Shown here: positions 28,417 through 39,184 of the stretch, one piece after another
Numbering within the stretch: the stretch's first letter is position 1
How the letters are laid out: each line of letters starts with the position of its first letter
NCBI GenBank assembly: GCA_040754955.1
Contig: JBFMCA010000011.1
Span: forward strand, 543 to 64,542
Length of the DNA: 64,000 nucleotides
From: Acidobacteriota bacterium
Lineage (GTDB): Bacteria > Acidobacteriota > Vicinamibacteria > Vicinamibacterales > UBA2999
Direction of reading: 5' to 3'
The notes under the pieces: generated by a model
What the model was told of the DNA's origin: nothing
Databases searched by the model: none
What the model saw: only the letters and a program-made list of their open reading frames with translations
Translations under genes and position numbers: made by a program

Positions 28417-30293
28417 CGCGGCACCCCCATCGCACGCGGCGGCGCGGCGAGATCCACCGCCGCCCGACGGCCGAGCTGTGCCACCACGGCCGCGACGGCC
28501 TGCTCCCGCTCCCCCTCCGTTCGTGCGCTGCCGAGCGCCAGCGCGGCGCGGGCGAGATCGGCATCGCCGGGATCGACGGCGGCCACGGCCTGGGCCGCCG
28601 CCGCCGAGCGCGCCTCGGGACTGCCGGCCCAGACGGCCAGCGCCGCCAGCGCCCGTCTTACGGCCTCCATCTCCGGCGACGGCGTGTCGATCGCAGCCCG
28701 ACGCCGACCGGGACTCGCCGTGTCCCGCGCGCCGGTCAGCCGGCGTGTGGGATCGATGCGGGCGCGTTCGGACAGCGTGCGCAGGAAGTAGCGGCGCCGA
28801 TCGAAGGCCCGCTGCAGCGCCGCCAAGGCGGCACGCTCGAAGGTCAGCGCCCGCGCGGTGTCGCCCTCGTTGAGCCTGGCTTCGGCGCGCGACATCTCGC
28901 GGATGGCGGCCAGCAGCTCGCGCTGGCCTTCGTTCTCCATCCGCCCCTCCGCCAGCTCGTGCGAGTGGGCGGCCTCCTCCACCTCGTCCTGGACCTCGCC
29001 GCCGGTCATGAACACGAACTCGGCCTTCACCATCCGCTGCTCGACGGCCAGGCCGCGCGCCTGCTCGAGGCGGTCGGCGTCGCCTAGCGTCCCGCGCGCG
29101 GCGTGCAAGCGTTCGGTGCGCGCGATCACAATCTGCTGGCTGAGCGCCATGCGGTCCCGCTCTTCGGGAATGGCGGCGCCGGCGGTGGTGGCCGTGCCGA
29201 GCGCGCCGATCTCGACGAGGAACGTCTCGGACGCCGACGGATCGGCGCCCGGCCGGCGGTCGCGCGCGATAGCACGGTACACGACGGCGTCGCCGTCGCC
29301 GAGGCCGAGCGACGCAAGCGGCACCTCGACGCGCCCGCGCCACCGGTCAGGGGTCCGCTCCACCGTCTGGAGCGGCCACTCTCCATCCTGGAAGTCGAAG
29401 GCCTCGCCGGACCCGGTCACGTGCGTGTAGCGCACGGCGAGCGACGCGAGCGCCAGATCGTCTGTGGCGTCCACCTCGATGGTCAGCGTGCCCTCGGCGC
29501 GCGGCAGCCGGAGGTCGGCGCCCGGTGCGGTGATGCGGACAACGGGCGGGCGATCGGGCTCGACGACAATCGGCAGTACCCGTTCGCGGCGCTCGCCGCC
29601 CTCGTCAACCGCAAGCACGAGAAAGCGCGTGTGCGTCGCGATCAGCGTCTCGCGGTGCGCCGGCGCGGAGACCGCGATCCGGATCGCGGACCCCTCCAGC
29701 GCCCGCACCTCGGCGGGATCTTGTAGCGTCTCCACGGGTCGGCCCGCGTACGCCGGCGGCGTGACCGTCACCGTGATGGCGCCCGAGGCCACCGGCCCGT
29801 CCGTCATCGTCGCGCGGCCCTCGCCCATGCTCTCCGTCCGGTGGCTGACCGCGCCGGTCGCGGCGAGCACGACCCACGCCAGCGTCGCCCCGACGGCGAG
29901 AAGCACCGGTCGAGCCAGCGGCTGGACCTCGCCCGGCTTGATGGGCTCGAGCCGCGCCGCGGCCTGCCGGCGGATCTCGTCTTTCAGCTCGGCCCGCACC
30001 CACGCGAGCGCGCCCTCCAGTTCCGCCGCGGTCACCGGCAGGTTGTCCAGGCCGCCGGCGGCGCGCTGAATGGCCTCGGCCGCGTCCCGCCTCGTTTGCC
30101 GTCGGGCGCGCCGGAGTCCGTCCACGACTGCCGCGGCCCACGCGACCGCCGCGCCGGCCGAGACCCAACCGGCCGACAGCCCCGCTCCACCGCCGACGAC
30201 GAGCAGCAGTCCCGCGGCGGCCGCGCCAGCCACGCTCGCGTGCAGCACTGTGGCCGCGCGCAGCCGGCCGAGCGTCGCCCCGACGACCGTCAC
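28413..30293 (-). CDS. DUF4175-like membrane protein
   Basis: 626 aa from a GTG overlapping the upstream stop (GTGA). It has N-terminal TMs, the segment DRPPVVRITAPGADL...VDATDDLALASLAVRY, and an Ala/Arg-rich helical C-terminus. Confidence 0.55.
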   Translation of the reverse strand: MTVVGATLGRLRAATVLHASVAGAAAAGLLLVVGGGAGLSAGWVSAGAAVAWAAAVVDGLRRARRQTRRDAAEAIQRAAGGLDNLPVTAAELEGALAWVRAELKDEIRRQAAARLEPIKPGEVQPLARPVLLAVGATLAWVVLAATGAVSHRTESMGEGRATMTDGPVASGAITVTVTPPAYAGRPVETLQDPAEVRALEGSAIRIAVSAPAHRETLIATHTRFLVLAVDEGGERRERVLPIVVEPDRPPVVRITAPGADLRLPRAEGTLTIEVDATDDLALASLAVRYTHVTGSGEAFDFQDGEWPLQTVERTPDRWRGRVEVPLASLGLGDGDAVVYRAIARDRRPGADPSASETFLVEIGALGTATTAGAAIPEERDRMALSQQIVIARTERLHAARGTLGDADRLEQARGLAVEQRMVKAEFVFMTGGEVQDEVEEAAHSHELAEGRMENEGQRELLAAIREMSRAEARLNEGDTARALTFERAALAALQRAFDRRRYFLRTLSERARIDPTRRLTGARDTASPGRRRAAIDTPSPEMEAVRRALAALAVWAGSPEARSAAAAQAVAAVDPGDADLARAALALGSARTEGEREQAVAAVVAQLGRRAAVDLAAPPRAMGVPR

Positions 30294-31456
30294 GACGCGA
30301 TCCTCGGGCGCCGGCGCATCCAGGTTTCCAGCGCCACGAGCGCGAGCGCCCCGCCCCAGAGCCAGCGCCGGTCGCCCTCGTCCGCCGGCCTGCCGCCAAC
30401 GGGCATCGGTCCCGGTGGTCGTGACCACGTCGCCAGCACTGCGGGCGCGATGGCATTGGGCTCCAGGCGATCGAGGTCCTGATGGAACACGGCGTCGACG
30501 ACGGTGCGGATCGCGGCGGTCGCCGCCTCGATCTCGACGTCGCCGGCGATGCGGGCGACGAGCACGCCTTCTTCCGCCGACAGATCGAATGCGGGCGGGA
30601 CCAGCTCGGCCGCGCGGCGCATCCACGCGATGTCAGGCAGCGGGCGCGAGCCCTGCGGCCGCGCGCCCCACTCGAGGCGCACCCGGCGATTGGCGTCCGG
30701 CGGTACGACTGCACCGCGGCCGAGTGCGGCCTCCCGCGCCTGCTCCGCGACGGCCTGCGAGGTGCCGGGAGCGCTGACGGCGACGACCGCGGCAGGGTCC
30801 GACGGGACCTCGCGCGCAACGACGCGTGCCGCCGTGTACCGCTCCGCGGCGGCGACCTCGACGATCTCGCGCTCGCCCTTCGCGCCGAGCGTCGTCCAGC
30901 GCATGGTTCGACCGGGTGTGCCGCCGTCGTCCGGCAGGAAGCGAAGGCCGACGTGGGCGGGCACGCGCTGGATGTCCCGCGCGTCGAGCATCCCCTCCCG
31001 GAGCGCCCCAGCCACGACGATCTCGCGCGCTCCCGGGGCTTCGGCCTCCAGCCAGGCGACGGCGGCACCAAGCCCCGCCCGCAGGTCGCCTCGTGACTGA
31101 AACGTCCGCACCCGGTCGGCCGATGCGTCCGGCGCCGCGAGTGCGGCCGCATCGCCGGACACGACAATCGCGCGCACGGTCCGCCGGCTCCATGCCGCCT
31201 CGCGCGCGGCCGAACGGACCTGCGGGCCGGCCAGCGCGCCAACGGCCGCCACGACGATTGCGGCGCGGACGGCGAGGAGCGCCGCGTCGTCGATCCGATG
31301 CCTGCTCGGCGCGGCGCGCTCGGAGGCGGCCAGAAACCGCACCGACGCGACGACGACCGGTGTCCGCCGACGCCGTGCGAGCAGGTGAACCGCGATGGGC
31401 ACGGCCACCGCGACGAGGCCAACCCACGCGGAGGGGACGAGCCAGCCGATCTCCAT
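30290..31456 (-). CDS. BatA_N (aerotolerance-regulator N-terminal) domain protein lacking a vWA/MIDAS motif
   Basis: MEIGWLVPSAWVGLVAVAVPIAVHLLARRRRTPVVVASVRFL matches BatA_N. No DxSxS motif was found in the remainder. Confidence 0.7.
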   Translation of the reverse strand: MEIGWLVPSAWVGLVAVAVPIAVHLLARRRRTPVVVASVRFLAASERAAPSRHRIDDAALLAVRAAIVVAAVGALAGPQVRSAAREAAWSRRTVRAIVVSGDAAALAAPDASADRVRTFQSRGDLRAGLGAAVAWLEAEAPGAREIVVAGALREGMLDARDIQRVPAHVGLRFLPDDGGTPGRTMRWTTLGAKGEREIVEVAAAERYTAARVVAREVPSDPAAVVAVSAPGTSQAVAEQAREAALGRGAVVPPDANRRVRLEWGARPQGSRPLPDIAWMRRAAELVPPAFDLSAEEGVLVARIAGDVEIEAATAAIRTVVDAVFHQDLDRLEPNAIAPAVLATWSRPPGPMPVGGRPADEGDRRWLWGGALALVALETWMRRRPRIAS

Positions 31457-31459
31457 CTG

Positions 31460-32346
31460 TCAGCCCGTCTGCCGCTCGGATGCCGCGCGCCGCGCGATGA
31501 GAAACCGGCGCAGCGCCGGCTCGACGGGCTCGCCGGCCACGAGCCGCAGGTAGTGGAGCCCCTCGGCCGCGACGGCGCGGGCCATGCCCGAGAGAAACGC
31601 CTCCACCTGCCGGCGGTATGTGTCGCGGAGCCGCGCCGCGTCGACGTCGATCCGTTGTTCCGTTTCGACGTCGATGAACTCCGTGGCGTCCGACGCGGTC
31701 AGCTCCAGCTCGTCGCGCGACGTGAGCTGCACGACGATCACCTCGTGCCCCGCCCGGGTGAGCCGCCTGACTTCGGACAGCGCCTCCGCGTCCTCGTAGA
31801 AGTCGGAGAAGACCACGACCAGGCCCGGGCGGCGCATCAGCGCGGCGACGCGCCGCAGCGTGACGGCGGGCGGAACAGCCGCTCCCGGCTCCAGGCGCGC
31901 GAGCGTCGCCAGCGCCACCTGGAGGTGATGCGATCCGCTCCGCGGCGGCACGTAGTGCGTGGCCTCGCCCAGCGCCAGCACGCCCGCTGCATCGCCCTGA
32001 TCGATCACCAGCGTGGCGAGGGCGCCGGCCGCCACGGCCGCGGTCATCAGCTTGGATCCGGACCGCGGCAGGCCCATCGATCGGCTGATGTCGAGCGCGA
32101 AGAGCACGCCCATGCTCGTCGTCTCGCGGAACTGGCGCGTGAACAGCCGATCCGTGCGGGCGAAGGCTTTCCAGTCGACGTGTTTGAGATCGTCGCCCGG
32201 GTGGTAGCGGCGGTACTGGCTGAACTCGGCGTTGAACCCGTGGAACGGGCTCCGGTGCAGGCCCTGCCGCAGCCCCTCCACCGTCGTCCGCACGTGCAGC
32301 TCGAGGTCGCGCAGCGCGGCGTCGGCGGGCGAGACGACGGGGCGGC

Positions 32347-32350
<4 letters not shown>
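31460..32350 (-). CDS. DUF58 domain protein (vWA-like, MIDAS DISRS present)
   Basis: HRSPFHGFNAEFSQYRRYHPGDDLKHVDWKAFARTDRLFTRQF and LFALDISRSM are present. It has an ATGA overlap with the MoxR stop. Confidence 0.88.
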
Positions 32351-33372
<1,022 letters not shown>

Positions 33373-33381
33373 GGACCAGGA

Positions 33382-33387
33382 ATTGTA
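33382..33387 (-). promoter_or_regulatory. -10-like hexamer TACAAT, 9 nt upstream of the moxR GTG
   Basis: The minus strand reads GGTACAATTCCTGGTCCGTG. There is no Shine-Dalgarno motif. Confidence 0.25.
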
Positions 33388-33427
33388 CCGTAGCGGGCTG
33401 CGGACGAGGCGCGACGCCTGGTCGAGA

Positions 33428-33484
33428 CCCCGAAAAGGTGCCAGGCACCTTTCTTCCCGAAAGGTGCCTGGCACCTTTTCGGGG
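33428..33484. repeat. Perfect 25-bp-arm inverted repeat (7-nt loop) built from two copies of the palindrome AAAGGTGCCnGGCACCTTT
   Basis: CCCCGAAAAGGTGCCAGGCACCTTT-cttcccg-AAAGGTGCCTGGCACCTTTTCGGGG; all 25 pairs were checked. It lies between the ADOP permease stop (33496) and the moxR start (33372). Confidence 0.95.
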
Positions 33485-33495
33485 GGGGCGGACCG

Positions 33496-35961
33496 CTAGG
33501 GCTCCGTCAGCGCGACTACCGGGTCGGTGGCCGCGGCGCGCCGCGCCGGCAGCAGGCACGCAATCAGCGCAACGACCAGGAGCGCCGCCACCACGGTCCC
33601 GATGACGCCGGGATCCAGCGCGCCGATTTCATAGAGCTGCGACTGCAGGGTCCCGCGGAGGGCGACAGCGCCCGCCAGGCCGACGGCCACCCCTACGCCC
33701 ACGATGAGCCCGCCCTCGCCGATCACCAGGCGCACGATCTCGCCGGTCCCCGCGCCGAGCGCCATGCGCACGCCGATCTCGCGCGTCCGCTGCCGCACGC
33801 CGTACGCGAGGACACCGTAGAGGCCCAGCGCCGAGAGCAACAGCGCGACGATCGAGAAACCCGCCACGAGCACGGCCGGCGTCCGCCGGTCCACCAGCGA
33901 CCGCTCGACGCGGTCCGTCATGGTCATGATGTCGTAGAAGGGCAGCTCCGGGTCGACCTGCGCGATCGCAGCGCGCAGCGGGGTCGAGAGCGCCGCCGGA
34001 TTCCCGTCCGTCCGGACGGCGACGCCGAGCCCGCGGGCGGGAAACTGCGCCAGCGCGAGATAGTAAGTACCGAACAGCCCCGACCCGCCGCCGCCGGCCA
34101 GGTTGCGCAGCCGCGCGTTGCGCACGACGCCCACGACGTGAAGCCACTCGTCGTCGGGCGGCGGGGCCATCAGATCATCAGGGCTGCTGGGCATGAACAT
34201 GCGCCGGCCCACCGGGCGCTCACCGGGCCAGAATCGAGCGGCCAGCCGCTCGTCGACCAGGATCGCGCGCGGGGCCCCCTGGACGTCGCGGTCGTCGATC
34301 CAGCGCCCGTCCACCAGCGTGAGCCCCATCGCCTCGGGGTAGCCCGGCGACACCATCACCTGCGTGGGCGAAATCACCGACTCGCCGGGCGCCATCTGGT
34401 AGCCCTCGGCGAAGATCACGCTGTCACTGAAATCATCGCCGAGCGGCAGGCTCGTCGTCATGCCAGCGGCGGAGACGCCCGGCACGGCGCGCACCGCCTC
34501 GAGCAAACGCGTCGTCGCGGACCGGACGTCGGCGTCCTTGGCGTAGCGGGCCGCCGGCAGGCTGAGCCGCCCCGTCAACACACCTTCCGCGCGGAAGCCG
34601 GGATCCACCGCCATCAGCCGATCGAAGCTCGCAACCAGCAGGCCGGCGCCCACGAGGAGCACGAGTGCGAAGGCCACCTGGCTCATCACGAGCAGGCGAT
34701 GGGCCATGCGGGTGCCGCGCGACGCCGTGCCGCTGCGCCCCTCGTCGCGAATCACCTGGCTCACGTTGGCGCGGCGCAGGACCAGCACCGGCACCAGTCC
34801 CACGAGAAGCCCGACCAGGCCGGCCAGGCCCACCGCGTAGAGCGCCACCGTCGTGTCGATGCCGACGTCCGCGCCCAGCGGCAGCGCGTCCAGCCCCAGG
34901 GACGGCGCGGCCTGCAGCGCCCACCAGGCCAGGGCCAGGCCGCCACCGGCGCCGACGGCCGCCAGCAGCAGCGACTCGGCCAGGAGCTGCCGCGCCAGAC
35001 GACCGACGCCGGCTCCGAGCGCCACCCGAGTAGCCAGCTCGCGCAGGCGGCCGGCCGCGCGCACCGACGCCAGATTGGCGACGTTCACGCCGCCGATGAG
35101 CAGGACCACCAGCACGCCGCCCCAGACAAGCGTAATCGTCGGCCGGACGTCGCGGACGAGCTCGTCGTGAAACGTGAACACCGGCGTGTGGAACCCGGCG
35201 TTGGTCAGCACCTCCCTGAAGAAAGGGAACCGCTCGAGATTGCGCGCGTTGAGGGCGTCAATCTGCGCCTGGGCCTGCGCGACGGTCGTCCCCGGCCGGA
35301 GGCGGGCGATCATCTGCCAGTTGTTGCTGTGCCGGCGGTCGTCGGCCCGGTCTTCGGGCCGGAAGGCGGCGACGGTCCAGAGCTGGACGTCGGGGCTCAC
35401 AAACCGAAACTCGGGCGGCAGGATTCCGACCACCTGATACGGCAGGCCGTCCACGCGCAGGTCAGCGCCGACGGCATCGTCACGGCCGCCGAACACGCGC
35501 TGCCAGAGGCCGTGGCTGAGCACCACTTTGCGGTGCTGGCCGAACTCGGCGTCGGCCTCCTCGAACAGACGGCCGCGCGCGGCCTCCGCGCCCAGGAGCC
35601 GGAAGAACGACGGCGTCACCGGCATGCCGGCCACGCGCTCGGCATCGCCCTGCCCGGCGCCCCCGATGGTCAGGCCGGTCGTCCGGTACAGCGCGATGTC
35701 CTCGAAGGCGTCCGTCTCGGCCAGCCGATCGTAGTAGTCGGGCACGCCGTTGGCGCCGCGCACGGCGCCGGCGCCGGGATACGAGTTGTACATCGTGACG
35801 ATGGCCGCCGGCTCCGGGAACGGGAGCGGCCGGAGGAGCACGGCGTGGACGATCGCATAGATGGCGATGTTGGCCGCGAGACAGAGCGCCAGCGTCGCGG
35901 CCGTCGTCAAGGCAAAGCCCCGGTCCTTCCAGAGCACGCGAAGGGCGAAGCGGAGGTCCAT
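33496..35961 (-). CDS. ADOP-type duplicated MacB/FtsX ABC transporter permease
   Basis: 821 aa from MDLRFALRVLWKDRGFALTTAATLALCLAANIAIYAIV. It has two MacB_PCD/FtsX modules and no adjacent ATPase gene. Confidence 0.88.
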   Translation of the reverse strand: MDLRFALRVLWKDRGFALTTAATLALCLAANIAIYAIVHAVLLRPLPFPEPAAIVTMYNSYPGAGAVRGANGVPDYYDRLAETDAFEDIALYRTTGLTIGGAGQGDAERVAGMPVTPSFFRLLGAEAARGRLFEEADAEFGQHRKVVLSHGLWQRVFGGRDDAVGADLRVDGLPYQVVGILPPEFRFVSPDVQLWTVAAFRPEDRADDRRHSNNWQMIARLRPGTTVAQAQAQIDALNARNLERFPFFREVLTNAGFHTPVFTFHDELVRDVRPTITLVWGGVLVVLLIGGVNVANLASVRAAGRLRELATRVALGAGVGRLARQLLAESLLLAAVGAGGGLALAWWALQAAPSLGLDALPLGADVGIDTTVALYAVGLAGLVGLLVGLVPVLVLRRANVSQVIRDEGRSGTASRGTRMAHRLLVMSQVAFALVLLVGAGLLVASFDRLMAVDPGFRAEGVLTGRLSLPAARYAKDADVRSATTRLLEAVRAVPGVSAAGMTTSLPLGDDFSDSVIFAEGYQMAPGESVISPTQVMVSPGYPEAMGLTLVDGRWIDDRDVQGAPRAILVDERLAARFWPGERPVGRRMFMPSSPDDLMAPPPDDEWLHVVGVVRNARLRNLAGGGGSGLFGTYYLALAQFPARGLGVAVRTDGNPAALSTPLRAAIAQVDPELPFYDIMTMTDRVERSLVDRRTPAVLVAGFSIVALLLSALGLYGVLAYGVRQRTREIGVRMALGAGTGEIVRLVIGEGGLIVGVGVAVGLAGAVALRGTLQSQLYEIGALDPGVIGTVVAALLVVALIACLLPARRAAATDPVVALTEP

Positions 35962-36030
35962 GACGGACAATACGGACGCGGGCGGGCCCGGGTTTCGAGC
36001 CGGCGGGCCCACCTGAGGCAGAATGCCCCG

Positions 36031-37278
36031 GTGGACACCGCGCTCCCGAAGATCCGGCGCCGCCTGATCCCCTTCCTCTTCCTGCTCTACATCATCGCCT
36101 ACCTCGACCGCGTCAACGTCGGCTTCGCCGCCCTCCAGATGAACGCCGATCTCGGCTTCAGCGCGACGGTCTACGGGCTGGGGTCGGGCGTGTTTTTCCT
36201 GTCCTACACCGCGTTCGAGGTGCCGAGCAACCTGATTCTGGCGCGCGTCGGCGCGCGCGTGTGGATTGCGCGAATCATGTTCACGTGGGGACTGGCTTCG
36301 TCGGCCATGCTGTTCGTCTCCGACGCCGCCTCCTTCTACCTGCTGCGATTCGTCCTCGGAGCGGCGGAAGCCGGCTTCTTCCCGGGCATCATCTACTACC
36401 TCACGCACTGGTTCCCGGCGCGCGAGCGCGCCCACGCGGTGGCGCTCTTCATGACCGCCACCGCCATGGCCGGCGTCGTGGGCGGTCCGCTCTCGAGCGG
36501 CCTGCTGGCCCTCGATGGCGCGCTCGGCCTCCGCGGGTGGCAATGGCTGTTTCTCGTGGAAGGCCTGCCCGCCGTGCTGCTGGCGCCGGTGGTGCTTCGC
36601 CACCTCACCGAGCGCCCGGCGGACGCGACGTGGCTCACGCCGGCCGAGCGTCAGGCCGTGACCGCCGCCATCGCGCAAGAGCATGCCAGTACGCCCCCGA
36701 CCTCGAAGTTCCGCGACGTGCTGGTGCAGCCCACGCTCTGGGTGCTGTCGGGCGTGTACTTTCTGCTCGTGATGGGCTTCTACGGCATCGGGTTCTGGCT
36801 GCCGACCATCCTGCAATCGGCGGGCGATCTCGGGCCCTCGGCCGTGGCCTCGATCTCGGCCCTGCCGTACGTCGCCGCGGCCGTGGCGATGGTATTCGTC
36901 GGCCGCCATTCCGACGCCGCGGGCGAGCGGCGTTGGCATGTGGCCCTTCCGCTGGCTACGGGGGCCGTCGGGTTTCTGGTGGCGACGCAGGCCGGTGCCT
37001 CCGTGCCGCTGGCCCTTGGCGCGCTGTCGCTGGCGGCGTTGGGCATCTGGGGCGCGCTCGGGCCTTTCTGGGCGCTGCCCACCGCGGGACTGCATGGAGC
37101 CGCCGCCGCCGGGGGCATCGCCATCGTCAACTCCGTCGGGAATGTGGGCGGCTTCGTGGGGCCGTTCCTGGTGGGCTACGTCCGCGATGCGACGGGCAGC
37201 TTCTCCGCCGGGCTCCTGCTGCTCGCCGGCGGCCTGCTGGCGGGCGGCGCGCTCGCCCTCGCGCTGCCCCGGCGCTGA
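36031..37278 (+). CDS. MFS transporter (anion:cation symporter-like)
   Basis: 415 aa from GTG 36031: IPFLFLLYIIAYLDRVNVGFAAL... with 12 predicted TM helices. GAGG lies 13 nt upstream. Confidence 0.85.
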   Translation: MDTALPKIRRRLIPFLFLLYIIAYLDRVNVGFAALQMNADLGFSATVYGLGSGVFFLSYTAFEVPSNLILARVGARVWIARIMFTWGLASSAMLFVSDAASFYLLRFVLGAAEAGFFPGIIYYLTHWFPARERAHAVALFMTATAMAGVVGGPLSSGLLALDGALGLRGWQWLFLVEGLPAVLLAPVVLRHLTERPADATWLTPAERQAVTAAIAQEHASTPPTSKFRDVLVQPTLWVLSGVYFLLVMGFYGIGFWLPTILQSAGDLGPSAVASISALPYVAAAVAMVFVGRHSDAAGERRWHVALPLATGAVGFLVATQAGASVPLALGALSLAALGIWGALGPFWALPTAGLHGAAAAGGIAIVNSVGNVGGFVGPFLVGYVRDATGSFSAGLLLLAGGLLAGGALALALPRR

Positions 37279-37291
37279 GCCCCGCCGCTGA

Positions 37292-39013
37292 TCAGCGCGG
37301 TTGGCGGCGCGGCGCGCCGTAGCGGTCGGTGAAGGCGCGACGCTGCTCGAGGCTGCCGATCATCACGAGCTCCGACCCGCGCGGCAGCACGGTGTTCGAA
37401 TGCAGGGGCGTGATGAAACGGTCGCCGTCCTGAATGGCGATGACGCAGAGGCCGGTGAGCGAGCCGATGGCTCCCTCGCGCAGCGTCCGCCCCTCGAGCT
37501 CCTCGGGCACCGGCCGCGTGAAGAGGTCCACCCCCTCACCGAGAATCACCAGCTCGTGTCCCTTGAGCAGCGCGAACACGCCCTGCGCGCCGAGGGAGGC
37601 GTAGCTCAGGACGAAATCCGCGCCGGCCCGGTGGATGGCCTCGACGTTCCGATCGTAGGTGATGCGGCTGATGATGCGCGCCGACGGGCGCAGCTTGCGG
37701 CAGAACACGGCCAGGTAGATGTTCACGGCATCGTCGTTCGTCGTGAGCAGCACCGACGCGGCCTCGTGCAGGCCGGCCTCGTGCAGCACGGTCCGATCGG
37801 CCGCGTCGCCCTCCACGACGCGCTCGGCGACCTCGCGCACCACGGCCAGCCCGCGCGGGTCGCGGTCGACCACGCGCGCGCGAATGCCCTTGCGCGCCAG
37901 GTGCAGCGCCGCGGCCTGCCCGACGCGTCCGGCGCCGATGATGAGCACCGGCGCGTCGCCGTCCGGCCCCGACGGCAGCTGGGCGTTGAGGCTGCGGATC
38001 TGGTCGGCCGTGCCGGCGACGACGATGACGTTCGAATCGCGAATCTGGGTCTGCGGGGACGCGGGCTGCAGCCGGCCCCGCTCCCAGATGCCAATGATGC
38101 TCATGCCGGTGGTCTCGCGCAGGCGCGTGTCGCGCACCGACTGCCCGATGAAGGGCGTGCCGCGCGCCGCCAGCTCGGCAACCTGCAGGCCGCGATACTG
38201 CCCGACCACGTGCGCTTCGACACGGCCGACGTCGCACCGGTTGGCGAGGTACTCGCCCAGCTCCCGCTTCAGGGGCAGCACCCGCGTCGCGCCGGCCAGT
38301 TGCAGCACGTCCACCGCATCGTCGTCCTCCGCGATAGCCACCACGCTGACCCGGTTCGACACCTCGCGCACGGTGAGCGTGATGTTGGTGTTGGTGGTGT
38401 CCTCACGGTTCGCCAGCACCATGGCCGCCCGTTCGACACCGGCCGCGCGGAACGTGTCCGCGCTGTCGATGTCGCCGGCCATCACCGAGAAGCCGTCCCC
38501 GACGAGCTGCGCGGCCCTTGCGGGGTCAGGCTCGACGATGACGTACGGCAGCCCCGCCACGCTCAGCCGGCGGACGAGCGCCACGGCCACCGGGTCGTGC
38601 TCGGTGATGACAACGTGGTGTTCGATCGCGGCGTCGACCTCGCGCGGCGCGCGCAGCCGGACCCGCGCCTCGAGCCAGGGCGCATAGAACAGCCGGATGA
38701 AGAGGAACGGCAGCATCACCAGGAGCAGGATCACGCCCGAGAGCAGGACGATGATGCTGAAGGCCCGCCCGAGGTCGGTGGTGAACGTGATATCGCCGAA
38801 CCCGAGGGTCGTCATCACGACGAGCGTCCAGTAGAACCCGGTCATCCACGAGTGCGACTGCCCCTCGGCCCGCTCCATGATCACGTGGAAGAGCACGGCG
38901 TAGACGCCGACGAGCGCGGCGAGGAAGACGAGGTAGCGCACCAGCGAGCGGATGTTGGTCCGCATGCCGGGCTCGGTGAAGAAGAACGCCAGTTGACTCG
39001 GCAGGTACTTCAT
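37292..39013 (-). CDS. Potassium channel protein with two RCK (TrkA-N/C) domains
   Basis: The selectivity filter TTLGFGD is present, followed by two Rossmann-type segments (VVITEHD..., LIIGAGRVGQ) each with TrkA-C-like regions. Confidence 0.88.
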   Translation of the reverse strand: MKYLPSQLAFFFTEPGMRTNIRSLVRYLVFLAALVGVYAVLFHVIMERAEGQSHSWMTGFYWTLVVMTTLGFGDITFTTDLGRAFSIIVLLSGVILLLVMLPFLFIRLFYAPWLEARVRLRAPREVDAAIEHHVVITEHDPVAVALVRRLSVAGLPYVIVEPDPARAAQLVGDGFSVMAGDIDSADTFRAAGVERAAMVLANREDTTNTNITLTVREVSNRVSVVAIAEDDDAVDVLQLAGATRVLPLKRELGEYLANRCDVGRVEAHVVGQYRGLQVAELAARGTPFIGQSVRDTRLRETTGMSIIGIWERGRLQPASPQTQIRDSNVIVVAGTADQIRSLNAQLPSGPDGDAPVLIIGAGRVGQAAALHLARKGIRARVVDRDPRGLAVVREVAERVVEGDAADRTVLHEAGLHEAASVLLTTNDDAVNIYLAVFCRKLRPSARIISRITYDRNVEAIHRAGADFVLSYASLGAQGVFALLKGHELVILGEGVDLFTRPVPEELEGRTLREGAIGSLTGLCVIAIQDGDRFITPLHSNTVLPRGSELVMIGSLEQRRAFTDRYGAPRRQPR

Positions 39014-39172
39014 GCGGCGCGTCGCCTCTGGAGCGGGCGTAGTGTACTTCGCCGGCGGCGGCTGAACGGACGGGAGCCGCCGGAGCGCCCCCCGTGAGCC
39101 CGGCGGCGTCGAGGATACCGTCGATCACGTGGGGCCGGAGTCGCGGCCGGTCCCTGCCGGCACGGAACGCGC

Positions 39173-39178
39173 TATAAT
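39173..39178 (+). promoter_or_regulatory. Consensus -10 hexamer TATAAT, 6 nt upstream of GTG 39185
   Basis: The sequence is gcgcTATAATcgcgcgGTG. There is no Shine-Dalgarno motif. Confidence 0.35.
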
Positions 39179-39184
39179 CGCGCG

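Noticed and set aside
33440-33484. TGGCAC motifs inside the palindrome as a sigma54 -24 element, which is tempting because a sigma54 activator is encoded at 11393-12850
   Set aside because: The sequence 5 nt downstream is CGGG on both strands (TGGCAC-CTTTT-CGGG), so there is no TTGC/GC -12 element at GG-N10-GC spacing.
37272-37298. The inverted repeat GCGCTGA/TCAGCGC between the convergent MFS and K+ channel genes as a bidirectional terminator
   Set aside because: The stem is only 7 bp with a 13-nt loop and is made of the two stop-codon contexts. There are no U/A tracts.
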